Positions 46,211 to 57,415 of a DNA stretch of 64,000 bases are shown here, piece after piece. Each line of letters opens with the position of its first letter. Within the stretch, counting starts at the first letter, position 1. Under the pieces are notes generated by a model that was given only the letters and a program-made list of their open reading frames with translations, ran no database searches and had not been told where the DNA came from. The DNA is taken from positions 256,556,001 to 256,620,000 of the forward strand of contig NC_067403.1 of assembly GCF_016432865.1 (NCBI RefSeq), read 5' to 3'. Made by a program: the position numbers and the translations under genes. Source of the stretch: Antechinus flavipes (taxonomy: Eukaryota).

Positions 46211-47465
46211 TCCACCAGGCTCCAGGCTGGAATCCCACGTTAGAGGCTCGGCCGGATCTGGGATCTGAAGGCCCGTCTGGTTTCAGTTAGGGGAACGTGA
46301 GAGCAGAGACTACTCGGGGCCAGGCCCCTCCTTCCCTCTGCGGGGGACCTCAGCAGCCCCCTCCCATCCTGGCCCCTGCTAAGACTCTCCTGCTGTGCCC
46401 TGTCCCCTCCCCGCAGACTCCCTCAGGGAGGCCTCTCTGGGGACCTTGGGCTGGGCCTGTGAAGGCCGAGCCAGTCCCAGGCTGGGGGCTGGGGGGGGGG
46501 CTCCAGCTCCCCTCTCTCCTCTCTGCTACAGACCCGCTTTCTCAGGCTCCCCCCCACCCTCATGGGAAGGGGATGGAGGCCCCAGGGGGAGGCGGGGCTG
46601 TGGCTGAGATACTCAGCCCTGCTTGTAATTAGAGCCCCTAAATGCTAGGGTTGGGAAATTACAGGGACTGTGGGGGATCCAGATGCCCCGGCCTCCTCCA
46701 CTTGCCCCGTGGGCCCCCCAGGAACAAATCAGCCCTCCAAGCCCCAGCTGGCCCCAAGGCTCCCCTTGCTTGTGCCTCTGTTTCCCCCCTGAAACCAGAG
46801 CCCCAAGGCCCAGAGCCCGGCTCTCCCTCCTCCCAATTCCTGACGGCCCATGTCCCCGGGCCCACTCCTTCCTCTCAGCTGAGGGTGAGGAAGGAGCTCC
46901 AAGAGGAAAGCTTTGGGAGGGCGCCTAGTGGGGCCGCGCAGCCAAATCAGCGCCGGGAGCCAAGCCGGATGAGTCTCTCCCGCCTCCTCCTCCCCTCTCC
47001 GAAGGCTGCCCTTCACTGTCGTGTCCCCGGCCCCCAGGGTGGGGGCGTGCCGGCCAAAGGCGGGCCGGAGAGCTCGGGGTCCGCGGGGGACGGGCGGTGG
47101 GAGCGCCCAGGCCCCCTTCCTGTCCGGCCGCGGGAGATGGAAACGGGGGCCGGGGGCCCTCCTCCCTCCAAATCACTGCAGGCGCTGCCCCCCCCCGGCG
47201 GTGGCCAGAGGGAGAAAAGCGCTCTGACCATCTGGCTTCTAGCCGGGTGCCCTCCCCCGCTGCTCCGTCCCCCCTCCCAGCCCCCCGAGACCAGATGCTC
47301 TTTGTGCGTGGGGGGGAAGGCCACGAGAACCCTACTTCTCCCTGCCCGCTCCTGCGGCCCCCGGCGGGCCCTTCTCTGGGCAGAGGCCTTTCTCCCCCCC
47401 ACCCCCCCGCGGCTGCTCCCGGGGCCCCCGGCACATGACGAGCAGAGCTGAGGGTCACCACCCCA

Positions 47466-47471
47466 TTTATT
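47466..47471 (-). terminator. CD248: CD248 polyadenylation signal (AATAAA on minus strand)
   Basis: TTTATT on +, ~420 nt past the CD248 stop codon. Confidence 0.8.
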
Positions 47472-47888
47472 GGAGAACGTTCCAGGCTCCCCCCTCCCAG
47501 CCCGGCCCTGACGGGGCCCGGGGTCCCCCCGAGGGGGGAGGCCGGGAGGGGGCCGGGGCCCGGGGAGGTGCGAGCAGAGAAGGCAGGGCGGCAGGCCCGG
47601 CGCCCCCGGGAGTGCAGTGGCGGGCGGCTGGGCCCTGGCGGGAGCTGGGCCGGGTGTGTCTGTCGGGGGCAGTGAGTGTCCATGGCGGCGGGCTCGGGGC
47701 GGGGGGCAGCATACCTGGGTTCCCCCGACCCTATGGGGAGTAGTAGTGAGCGTGGGCTGAGGGGCCGCTGGCTCCCCCCATCCCGGGGTGCAGTTTCCTG
47801 GGCTTCAGTCTAGGAGGGGTCCCCTTGTCCCGGGTCCACGGGAGGGGGCCTGGCTCCTTGTAGTCCGAGGCAGGAGGGTTCCCGCCAA

Positions 47889-50078
47889 TCACACACTGGT
47901 TCTGCAGGTCATGACCCCTGACAGGCTGCCCCCCTTGGGCTCAGCCTCCCCCTTGGCCCCCGAGTTTGTGATCCAGTGGTAGCAGTCCGTGATGCTTTTG
48001 TTGGGGGCGCGGGGCCCGCAGCGGGTGCAGTACACGATGCCCACGGCCAGGAAGATCACCAGGAACACGCAGGTGGGGACCAGGAGGGCCACCAGCAGCC
48101 AGCGGTCGTCCCTGCGGCTCCGGCTCCGGGCCGTGGGGGGGGGCGCCGAGGCCCCCAGGACGTCCAGCGCCGGCCCGGGGTCAGGGAGGGCGCTGGGAGA
48201 GGCCCCCGGTGGGCGGGGAGCCGCGGGAGAGGCTGGGGGCCTGCTGGGGGCTTCGGGACCAGAGGGGGGCGGGGAAGCCCGGGGCCGCGGGGGCTGGTCC
48301 GTGGGAAGGGGAGCGGGGACGGGGGCCCCGGGGGAGGGGAGAGCCGGCCGCAGAGGCCCGTGGGGGGCCGGGCCCGAGGCAGGCCGAGAGGTGGAGGGCA
48401 GAGGAGGCTGGGTAGCGGGACCCGGCGGGGGCTGCCCGACAGAGGGCCCGAGTCGGGGGGCCCCGGGGGCAGGAGGCAAAGGGGGGGCGCTGGTGAGGGC
48501 AGGCAGCCAGGGAGCCCGGGGGGCGGAGGGGGCGGGGAGCCGGTGTGCGGGAGGCACGGGAAGGTGGGTGCTGGAGCCCGCGGGAGGCCTGGGGGTCGCA
48601 GGCAAAGGGGGCCGGGAAACGGGGACGCCCGGGAGCTTCCGCGCGGGGGGCTGGGTGGCGGGGAAGGCGGGGAGCCGGGTGGCCGGCGGGGGAGGGGGGC
48701 GGCTCGCAGGGATGATGGGGAGCCAGCGGGCCAGGGGCAGCCTGGGGGGCCGCGTGATGGAGAGGAGCGGGGGGAGGTAGGGAGGTCTGGGGGGCATGTG
48801 CAGAGGGGGCCGAGTGGGGCCGGCCTGGGGAAGCAGGGGTCTGTGAGGCGGCTCGAAAGCGAGCGGCGGCCCCGTGGGCTCCAGCCACGGGGGCCCGCCG
48901 GGCTCCGTCCAGCCCCCGTCGAAGGCGTCCCAGCCCCCGTCGTCCTCGTCCTCGTCCTCCCGCGTGTCCCCGCCCAGGGCCCCCCGGCCCGGCCCCAGGG
49001 GGCTGCAGCTGATGCCGTCCGGCTCGAGCTCGTGCCCCTCGCTGCAGTAGCACTCGAAGCCCCCGACGTAGTTGACGCACATCTGCTGGCAGACGCCGGG
49101 GATCTGGCACTCGTCCGTGTCCAGGCAGCGGTGGGGGTCCTCGTCGGCCGGCCGGAAGCCCAGGCGGCAGTGGCAGCTGTAGCCCCCGGGCCCGCCGGGC
49201 TCGCACTGCTGCTCGCAGGGGGCCTCGGCGCAGGGGTCCACGCAGCCGCGCCCGTCCGCGTCCAGCCGGAAGCCCTCGGCGCAGCGGCAGGACGCGCCCC
49301 CGGCCTCCCCGTCCACGCACTCGTGCTCGCAGCCGCCGTTGTCCAGGGCGCAGCCGGCCGGGCCGGGCAGGGACCCCGGGCACACGGGCCCGCGGCGGGA
49401 CCAGCCCACGCCGCCCTCGGGCCGCTGCATGCAGAGCAGGGAGGCGCCGCCCCCCTCGGAGCAGGGCACGGCGGCCACGGAGCCGAAGGGCAGCCAGTCC
49501 AGGGCGTCCGTCACCAGCTGGAAGGGCGTGGTGTAGAGCGTGGGGCCCGCCTGGCCGCGCTCGGGGGGCAGCGCCGGGCAGGCGGCCTCGAAGCCGAACT
49601 GGCACAGGTAGCCGTCCACGGGCAGCGTGCAGGAGCCCTCGCGCCACAGCTGCGCGCCCCCCGCCTCCATGGCCACGCAGCGCAGCGCCGGGCAGGCCCC
49701 CGGCCCCGCCGCCGAGCCCCAGTTGGTGAAGGCCGTGTCCTGGTCGCCCGTGGTCCAGGTGAAGCCCCGCAGGGGGCGCTGGGGGTGGCACTGGCGCGGC
49801 TGCCGCTGCAGCCCGATCCACAGCAGCCGGCCCGGGGCCCCCGCGGCCCCCCGGCCCGCCAGCAGCCCCAGCCGCTGCGCCTCCTCCGGGGTCCTGGGGG
49901 TGGCCAGGTTGCCCCCCAGCTCTCGGCAGGCCCGCCAGGCCTCCAGGAAGGTCCTGCGCCGGGGGAAGAGCGCGTAGCAGCTGCTCGGGCCGCAGGAGGC
50001 CGCGGCCTCCTCCGGGCCTTGGGGGCCCTGACCCAGGGTGGGCCCCAGGGCCACCCAGGCCAGGAGAAGCTTCAGCAT
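47889..50078 (-). CDS. CD248: Endosialin / CD248 / TEM1, 729 aa, intronless
   Basis: Signal peptide, C-type lectin domain (SCYALFPRRRTFLEAWRACRELGG...LWIGLQRQ), sushi-like domain, three EGF repeats (DTDECQ), Pro-rich stalk, TM segment (WLLVALLVPTCVFLVIFLAVGIVYC) and C-terminal PDZ ligand RTSV. Confidence 0.98.
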   Translation of the reverse strand: MLKLLLAWVALGPTLGQGPQGPEEAAASCGPSSCYALFPRRRTFLEAWRACRELGGNLATPRTPEEAQRLGLLAGRGAAGAPGRLLWIGLQRQPRQCHPQRPLRGFTWTTGDQDTAFTNWGSAAGPGACPALRCVAMEAGGAQLWREGSCTLPVDGYLCQFGFEAACPALPPERGQAGPTLYTTPFQLVTDALDWLPFGSVAAVPCSEGGGASLLCMQRPEGGVGWSRRGPVCPGSLPGPAGCALDNGGCEHECVDGEAGGASCRCAEGFRLDADGRGCVDPCAEAPCEQQCEPGGPGGYSCHCRLGFRPADEDPHRCLDTDECQIPGVCQQMCVNYVGGFECYCSEGHELEPDGISCSPLGPGRGALGGDTREDEDEDDGGWDAFDGGWTEPGGPPWLEPTGPPLAFEPPHRPLLPQAGPTRPPLHMPPRPPYLPPLLSITRPPRLPLARWLPIIPASRPPPPPATRLPAFPATQPPARKLPGVPVSRPPLPATPRPPAGSSTHLPVPPAHRLPAPSAPRAPWLPALTSAPPLPPAPGAPRLGPSVGQPPPGPATQPPLPSTSRPASGPAPHGPLRPALPSPGAPVPAPLPTDQPPRPRASPPPSGPEAPSRPPASPAAPRPPGASPSALPDPGPALDVLGASAPPPTARSRSRRDDRWLLVALLVPTCVFLVIFLAVGIVYCTRCGPRAPNKSITDCYHWITNSGAKGEAEPKGGSLSGVMTCRTSV

Positions 50079-50699
50079 CGCTGCCCCCGACAGACTGGCC
50101 CGGCCGGGCCCCGCCAGCCGCTCTTGACAGGGGGAGGGGACTGGGGCCTCCGGGCGGGGGGGGGGGCGGGACTTGGGGCCCGGCTCCCTGCCCTTGTAAG
50201 GCGAAGTCTGGGGAGGCTGCCAGCTCCCCCCGCTCCCCCCAGGGACGCGGGGCAGGAAGCGGCCGGGGCGGGAGAGAGGGGAGAAGGGAGAGAGCAGAGG
50301 TGTGAGGGGGGCAGGAGGGGAGGGGGCCGCAGGGCATGGGGCCGGGGGAGAGAGGAAGCCGGGGGGCGGGGAGTCCTGGGAATGGGGGGCAGCGAGGGGG
50401 AGAAGCCTGAGAGGGGGAATGGGGAGAAAGGGAGGAGGGGAGGAGGAAAGGAGAAAAAGGGGAGGAGGAAGAGGAGGAAGGGGGAGAAAGGGGAGGAGGA
50501 GGAGAAAGAGGGGGAGGAAGGGGGCTGGCCATCAGAGCAGAGAGAAAATGTGGTGGGCCGGAGGGGGGTCTGGGAAGGAGGGGGATGGGGCTGGCTGAGG
50601 CCTGAGGAATGATCCCCCCAGGCCTGGGAGGGGCCCGACTGTGGGACTCTCCCAAGATGAGCTGCCGTGTTTACCACAGACCCAAACATTCACTCAGCA

Positions 50700-51960
50700 A
50701 CACACGCTCTGACATGCTAACCCCTCTTGCACACCCTCTGACATGCTAACCTCCCTTTCACACACTCTAACATGTTAACCTTCTCCCCTGTACACGCTCT
50801 GACACGTTAACCTTCTCCCCTGCACATGCTCTGACATGCTAACCTCCCTTTCACACGCTCTGACATGCTAACCTTCTCCCTTTCACACGCTCTGACACGT
50901 TAACCTTCTCCCCTGCACATGCTCTGACACGTTAACCTTCTCCCCTGCACATGCTCTGACATGCTAGCCTTCTCCCTTTCACATACTCTAACACGTTAAC
51001 TTTCTCCCCTTTCACACACTCTGACACGTTAACCTTCTCCTCATGCACACGCTCTGACATGTTAACCTTCTCCCCTGCACATGCTCTGACATGTTAACCT
51101 TCTCCCTTTCACACGCTCTGACACGTTAACCTTCTCCCCTGCACATGCTCTGACATGTTAACCTTCTCCCCTGCACACGCTCTGACACGTTAACCTTCTC
51201 CCTTTCACACACTCTGACACATTAACCTTCTCCCCTGCACACGCTCTAACATGTTAACTTTCTCCCCTGCACACACTCTGACACATTAACCTTCTCCCCT
51301 GCACATGCTCTGACATGTTAACTTTCTCCCCTTTCACACGCTCTGACACGTTAACTTTCTCCCCTTTCACACTCTGACACGTTAACCTTCTCCCCTGCAC
51401 ACACTCTAACATGTTAACCTTCTCCCCTGCACACACTCTGATGTGTTAACCTTCTCCCCTGCACACGCTCTGACACATTAACCTTCTCCCCTGCACATGC
51501 TCTGACACATTAACCTTCTCCCCTGCACATGCTCTGACACGTTAACCTTCTCCCCTGCACACGCTCTGACATGCTAGCCTTCTCCCTTTCACATACTCTA
51601 ACACGTTAACTTTCTCCCCTTTCACACACTCTGACACGTTAACCTTCTCCCCTGCACACACTCTAACATGTTAACCTTCTCCCCTGCACACACTCTGATG
51701 TGTTAACCTTCTCCCCTGCACACGCTCTGACACATTAACCTTCTCCCCTGCACACGCTCTGACACATTAACCTTCTCCCCTGCACACGCTCTGACATGTT
51801 AACCTTCTCCCCTGCACACGCTCTGACACATTAATCTTCTCCCCTGCACACGCTCTAACATGTTAACTTTCTCCCCTGCACACGCTCTAACACGTTAACC
51901 TTCTCCCCTGCACACGCTCTGACATGCTAACTCTCAGTCACACACACGCTCTGACACGCT
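50700..51960. repeat. 32-bp minisatellite (CACACGCTCTGACACGTTAACCTTCTCCCCTG), ~39 copies
   Basis: Direct inspection; units abut with no spacers; ~0.6-1.9 kb upstream of the CD248 ATG. Confidence 0.98.
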
Positions 51961-52630
51961 GACCTTTTCACCCAGCCCCCCTGCCGGACTCTTGCTGCCC
52001 GCCCTGCGGGTCCCCAGCTTCTGGGCTGCCAGGCCCGTCAGAGGCCCCGAAGCTCCCCTCCCTCGGCTTTTTCTGCTCCCGGACCCGGTCCCGCTCCCCG
52101 CCCACTCGTGTTCTGGGATGACGACGCCTCCACTTCTGCCTCCGCCACGCTCAGTACCCGCCGCGCCGCACCAGTCGCCCCCGGCTCCCTGGGCCCCCTC
52201 CCACACCGCGGGACCTAACGCACTGACCGTCCCCAGCACCCCGGCTTTGGCCCCAGGAAGCCGCTTGGGCTCCGGCTTCAGCCCCTCCTTGGTCCTCCCC
52301 CCCAGGTCTCCCAGGACCCCCCCCCCAGCAGAAGAGGGATTGTTTTCTTTGGCTCTGGGAGGAGGAGGAGGGAACGGGGGGAGGGAGCCCCCCACAGGAA
52401 ATGCCTCTCAGGCCTCTCCCTCCCATCCCTGACCCCTGGCTGGCCAGGGTCAGGGGTCACAGAGCGGGAGAAGCGGAGGCCGGATACCCAGGGTCCAGAA
52501 GGAGGCCGTCGTGGTCCAGCCACACAAACCCTCACAGACACGTGACAGCGTAATGCGTTCCAAATGAAGAGGAGAGTCTGGAGGCCCAGGGAGGACGTGG
52601 GCAAGGACAAGGAGTCCTCCCTGCAAGTGT

Positions 52631-52712
52631 CCCGAGGGCCTACTGTGTGCCCGCGCCGCCCCGAGGGCCTACTGTGTGCCCGCGCCCCGAGGGCCTACTG
52701 TGTGCCTGCGCC
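52631..52712. repeat. Three tandem copies of ~27 bp (CCGAGGGCCTACTGTGTGCCCGCGCC)
   Basis: Direct inspection. Confidence 0.85.
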
Positions 52713-53349
52713 TTCTGGGCCTGGAGCATGTGACCCTGTGGGTAGATGATTTTACTCCGGTGGCCTCAGTTTCCTCCTCTGTAATAGGAGCTGAGAAGGG
52801 GATGGCCACGTGCCGGAGTCTCTGCCAGGAAAACCGCAGTGGGTCCCGGAGCCTCGGGCACAGCGGGCCAGGTGTGGCGCTGGGCACTGGGCTCCAAAGA
52901 CGGGTACAGGGCAGGTGTGAGCCAGCGCAGGAGGCAGACACGGAGCCGGGAGCCCCCCACACACACACACCGAGGGCCCTCGTCAGGACCCCGGACAGAG
53001 CCGGGAGCAGGGGCTGGGGGGGGAAGGGCTGGCAGAGAGGCCTTTGGATGTCAGTAAATATTCATGAAGGGCCAGCTTGGCCCTCGGTGCAAGAAAGGGG
53101 GGCCCAGACAAGCGCTGTGACCCTCGGGGAGCTTCAGAGAACCCCAAGTGCGCAGTTATTGGCAGGGAGGGGGGCGGGGGGGGGAGCAGAGCTTTAGCTG
53201 GAACTTTAAGGAAGCCGGAGGCCAGAGGTCAGAGAGGAGGAGGGAGAAGGGCCCAAGTCCCCCCGGAGCCTCCTGTTCTGGAGGAAATGAGGTCCAAGGA
53301 GGCTGGGGAGTGGGAGGGAGCCCACGGAGCCTGGGCTTGGCAATATCTC

Positions 53350-53476
53350 TGGGGCAGCCGGGCCCACAGTGGTTAGAGCACCAGCCCCGCAGTCAGGAGG
53401 ACCCAGTTCAAATCTGGTTCTGACCCTTAACACTTGACCCTGGGCAAGTCACTTAACCCCAAATGTCTCCAAAAAA
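53350..53476 (+). mobile_element. WSINE1-like SINE
   Basis: GGGGCAGC...CAGTGGTTAGAGCACCAG...CAGTTCAAATCTGG...GACCCTGGGCAAGTCACTTAACCCC, A tail. Confidence 0.85.
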
Positions 53477-53620
53477 AAGGACTATCCCTTCATGGAGACT
53501 GAATGCAAATTCTCTTTTTTCCCTCTTGTGGTTTTTCCCTTTGGTTCTGACTTTTTTCTCCCAGCGATTCGCAAAGAAATCTGCATTTAAAGATTTAATG
53601 TACATGTATAATAAAAAAAA
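53477..53620 (+). mobile_element. LINE-1 3' tail remnant
   Basis: TTTTTCCCTTTGGTTCTGAC...CTCCC is homologous to 2280-2310; ends AATAAAAAAAA. Confidence 0.6.
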
Positions 53621-54159
53621 GGAACAACCCCTTCGGAGACTGAGCGGAGGATGGGCCGGGGTGGGGGGCGGGGCAGGCGGAGACCCCGGCCCGGACTCAG
53701 CCCAGGGAGGGGGCGATGAAGGTCTGCACCGGGGCTGGCCCAGGGAGGGAACGAGGGACAACAAAGAGATTCACGAGGAGCGACTTTGGGGAGGGGGCTT
53801 CCAGGCGAATGGTTTTGGAAGCGGCTGCGGAGCGAGAGGAGAATGAGTTTCCTTGTATGAACAGACCCCGCAGCCGGGACGGAAGGAGCGCAGGACCCTG
53901 GGAAAGACTCGGCCGCGATCCCTCGGTACAGCGAGACCGGCTGGAATATCACGGGCTCCGAGGGGGGGGAGCGGCCTCGGGAAGGAGGCGCCGTCCGCCT
54001 TCTGAGAGGGGGCACGGAAGGGGGCCTTTGGGCCCTCGAGGTTTGCAGGAGCCCGCGGCCTGTGGGGAGATGGCTGCGTCCGGGCCGGGGTCTCCGCCTG
54101 CCCCGCCCCCCACCCCGGCCCATCCTCCGCTCAGTCTCCGAAGGGATTGTTCCTTTTTT
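53615..54159. repeat. ~88-bp inverted repeat (arms 53615-53702 and 54072-54159) around a 369-bp spacer
   Basis: Arms are reverse complements with two mismatches; both translate as KKEQ(P/S)LRRLSGGWAGVGGGAGGDPGPD on opposite strands. Confidence 0.95.
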
Positions 54160-55191
54160 ATAGTTTTATTTCTCGGTGACTCACCCACGTTCGGTTTTTA
54201 ATTCCCTTGTGCCTCACGTGGGGACTGGACATCGTGGCGGAGGGGGACGGGGCTCCTCGCGCAGTGGTGGGCGGCTTAAGGGGGGGAGGGGAAAATAGAA
54301 AGCGGCGGCAGAGCTCGGGGGCCGAGAAGGGAGCCCAGAAAAACGGACAGCGAGGAAAGGAGGCGGGGCCTTTGTCATCCAGACGTTTTACATGGGAGCG
54401 GAGCCATCGCCGGGAGGGGGGGGGTGACATGGGGGGCCGCGGGGGGGGCTTCCTGAGCCCCCCGGCAGCAGCGAGAGCTCGGTAAAGAGACGTGGGGAGC
54501 CGCAGGCGGGAGGGGGACCCGAGGGCAGCAGCAGCGGTCGGTGACCAGACACGGGGCCAGGGACTAGACTGGCCAAGATAGGGAGGAGCGGCCTGGGAAG
54601 GAGCCTCTGTGTGCCCCCAATACTCAGCGAAGTCCCGGGGCTGAGCCAGGGAGACCCCCACACTTAGCAGTGGGGTGACCGTGGGGGGAACGTCCAGCTG
54701 AGCGGGCAGAAGCGCCCCTGGCTCGGGCACAGCGAGCTTGCCCGGGTCCCCGGCGCCCAGGATTTGGTGCTGGGAGCGCTTCGGAGGCTCTTCCAGAGAC
54801 AGGGAGGGCCCAGGAGGTGGGAAGGGTCTCCCGGGTTCCGCGCAGCCGAGCCCCCTTCGTCCCCCTCCATGCGGCCCGGGGCAGGGTCCGGCCTCCCGGC
54901 CTTGTCCGTCCCCCTCTGGGGGCTCAGCCCTGGGATAAGAGGGGCCAGCCCGGTCCCAGGCACAGCCAAGGACAAAGACCTTAAGCAAACAAAGGCTGCC
55001 GGGAGAGCAGCTTTGTAAACAGAAGCCGGGCCCAGGCTCCCAGTGGGGCTCAGGGCAGGAGCCCAGGAGGCAGCTCCAGCCGGTCTGGGGGCTCTGGGGG
55101 TGGGGGCGATGTCCCGCTGGGGGCAGCCCGGGCTGGGTGGGCTGGGAAGCCAATGGACAGGCTGGGGGAGGAGAGCCCCCAAGCTGTGTGT

Positions 55192-55310
55192 GAGGGGGGG
55201 CTCCAGGCCGGCCCTGTGTGTGTGTGTGTGGGGGGGGGCTCCAGGCCCGGGCCCTGTGTGAGGGGGGGCTCCAGGCCGGGCCCTGTGTGAGGGGGGGCTC
55301 CAGGCCCAGG
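55192..55310. repeat. ~29-bp tandem repeat (GGGGGGCTCCAGGCCCGGGCCCTGTGTGA), ~4 copies
   Basis: Direct inspection. Confidence 0.85.
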
Positions 55311-57144
55311 CCCTGTGGGGGGGGGCTCTGAGCTGAGCCATGGATGAGGGACAGGGAGGGTTCCAGGCCTAGGTTGTGGGTGAGGGGTAGGAGTGGGGGG
55401 GCTCCCAGCTTCCCGATGCTCCCTTCCAGATCTGCCCTGCTGAGCAGGCACATTTCTTTGTGTAGAAATCAGCTCTTCTCCCCGTTCCTTTCTGCCCCCC
55501 CCCGCCCCAGTTCATTCTCCTCCTTCCCAAACCACCTCAGCCTCTGGCCCACCGAGCAGGGGCCCCCACCCAGCCTGGGCCCCCTGGGGCCCGGGGAGCT
55601 GCAGACGGCGGGGAGGGCTGGGGGCACTGAGCCGGGGGGGGGGGGCTGGATCCTGGGAAGCGCCCGGGGGGCCGGGGAGGGAGGGAGCTCGGAGCGGGGC
55701 GTCCAGAAGGCTGGGAGGGGCCCAGGACTCCCTGCTCTCCCCAGATACAAGCAGCCCCACCCCGTCAGGCTTCTGGCAGGGATCGGGGGCAAGGGGGGAG
55801 GGGAACAATGGAGGAGAAAAGCTGCGGGAGGACTAAGGCGGGAACAAGGACACAGGCCGGGCCCCTCTGAGCTTCCCCCCAAGGGAAGCCCCCATCACCC
55901 CCTCCTTGATAAACCTTCCCCCGGTCACATCGGCCTTTGGGAAGCCCCCCCGCCCCAATCTGGAGATGTGTTGGGTGGCCGATGTGGTAAACTGAGGCAG
56001 GGCGGTGAAGACCCCCCATCCTGTCTGTGACCCTCCCCCGCCTGCATGGCTTCCGGGGGCTGGAGCCCAATGGGCCCCCCTGCAGCCCACTTCCCCTGGA
56101 GCCCAAGGTGCAGGTTCGGCTGAGAGCCGGGACAATCTGGGGGCGAAGTGGTAAGGGGATGGTGGGCTCCCCAGCTGGGGCGCCGCCTTCTGACTCCCCA
56201 GCCTCCTCCCTGGACTGTCCCCGTGGCCCTGGGGCTGCCCCCGCTCCCTCCGCCACCCCAAGGCTCCCCCTTGGACTTTTCCCACCCGTCAATCACTTCC
56301 AACCCGTGGGAGGGGGTTCTGTTTCTCCATCTCCGGCACGATCTCTCCGTGTCTCAGGGTCCTGGACCCCTTCCCATTTTACAGCACAAGAGACTGAGGC
56401 AGACAGACGTTGAACAGGGGCCGGTCTGGGCTGGTGGGGGTGTGAGACCCCCCTCCCTTCCTTTTCTGGGCACGGCCCTGCCCGGGGGGGCTCGGTTCCC
56501 CCCCTTGCTCTCGGGGCCTCCCCTCCTCCACCTCCGGGGTCCTCTGTGTCCCCCCCTTTCCTGGATGGGGTCCCGATAGATGACACCCCTCTCTCGGGCC
56601 GGCTCGGGCGGGAGCCAGGGTCCGGCCTGGGGTGATTGCCAGTCTGGGGAAGGGGAGCCAGACCAGACAGGATATTTACTTTGTGACTTCAAAGCCCAGC
56701 GTGGGGAGGGGGTGTTGCTGTGGGATGGGGGAAGGGTTGTGGTGAGGAGCCGGGGGTGGGGGGGCTTTGGGAAGGGGAGCACGGTCAGCGTAGCGGAGGA
56801 GGGATGTGGGCCCGGGCCGGCTGAGTCGGCTCCTCCGAAGGGCCCGGATCCGGGGGGAGGGTCCCCTTCCTGGCCCAGCCCCCGCTCTTTCCCCCTCCCT
56901 CACAGGTAGAGTGTGCAGGGGGAGGGGGAACGGGGGGGGGTTAGAACGCAGAGGCCTCGGGACAGAGCCCGAGTTCAGATCTCGCCGGGCCGGGCAAGGC
57001 TCTGATGCTCCCGCCACGTTCCTATCCGAGAAATGGCCCCGAACAAACGGGGGAAAGAGAGAAGTGGACGTGGGGCCTTGGCCTTCGAGCCCAGTGTAAA
57101 TGCCGGCTCTCCGCTATCGCTGGACACAGAACAGTCAGGCCGGG

Positions 57145-57415
57145 GGGGGGGGGCTCCCGGGGCGCTGGGTCAGGGGGGCTCCCGGGGCGCTGGGTCAGGG
57201 GGGCTCCCGGGGCGCTGGGTCTGGGGGGGCTCCCGGGGCGCTGGGTCTGGGGGGGCTCCCGGGGCGCTGGGTCTGGGGGGGCTCCCGGGGCGCTGGGTCA
57301 GGGGGGCTCCCGGGGTGCTGGGTCGGGGGGGCTCCCGGGGCGCTGGGTCTGGGGGGGCTCCCGGGGCACTGGGTCAGGGGGGCTCCCGGGGCGCTGGGTC
57401 TGGGGGGGCTCCGGG
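57145..57415. repeat. ~25-bp G-rich minisatellite (GGGGGGCTCCCGGGGCGCTGGGTC[A/T]), ~10 copies
   Basis: Direct inspection. Confidence 0.95.

Noticed and set aside
47976-50655. 878-aa (+) and 824-aa (-) ORFs overlapping CD248
   Set aside because: Shadow frames of an extremely GC-rich CDS; Gly/Arg/Pro/Ala low complexity with no domain.
50700-51960. 32-bp repeats as a CRISPR-like array
   Set aside because: Units abut with no unique spacers, and the context is eukaryotic.
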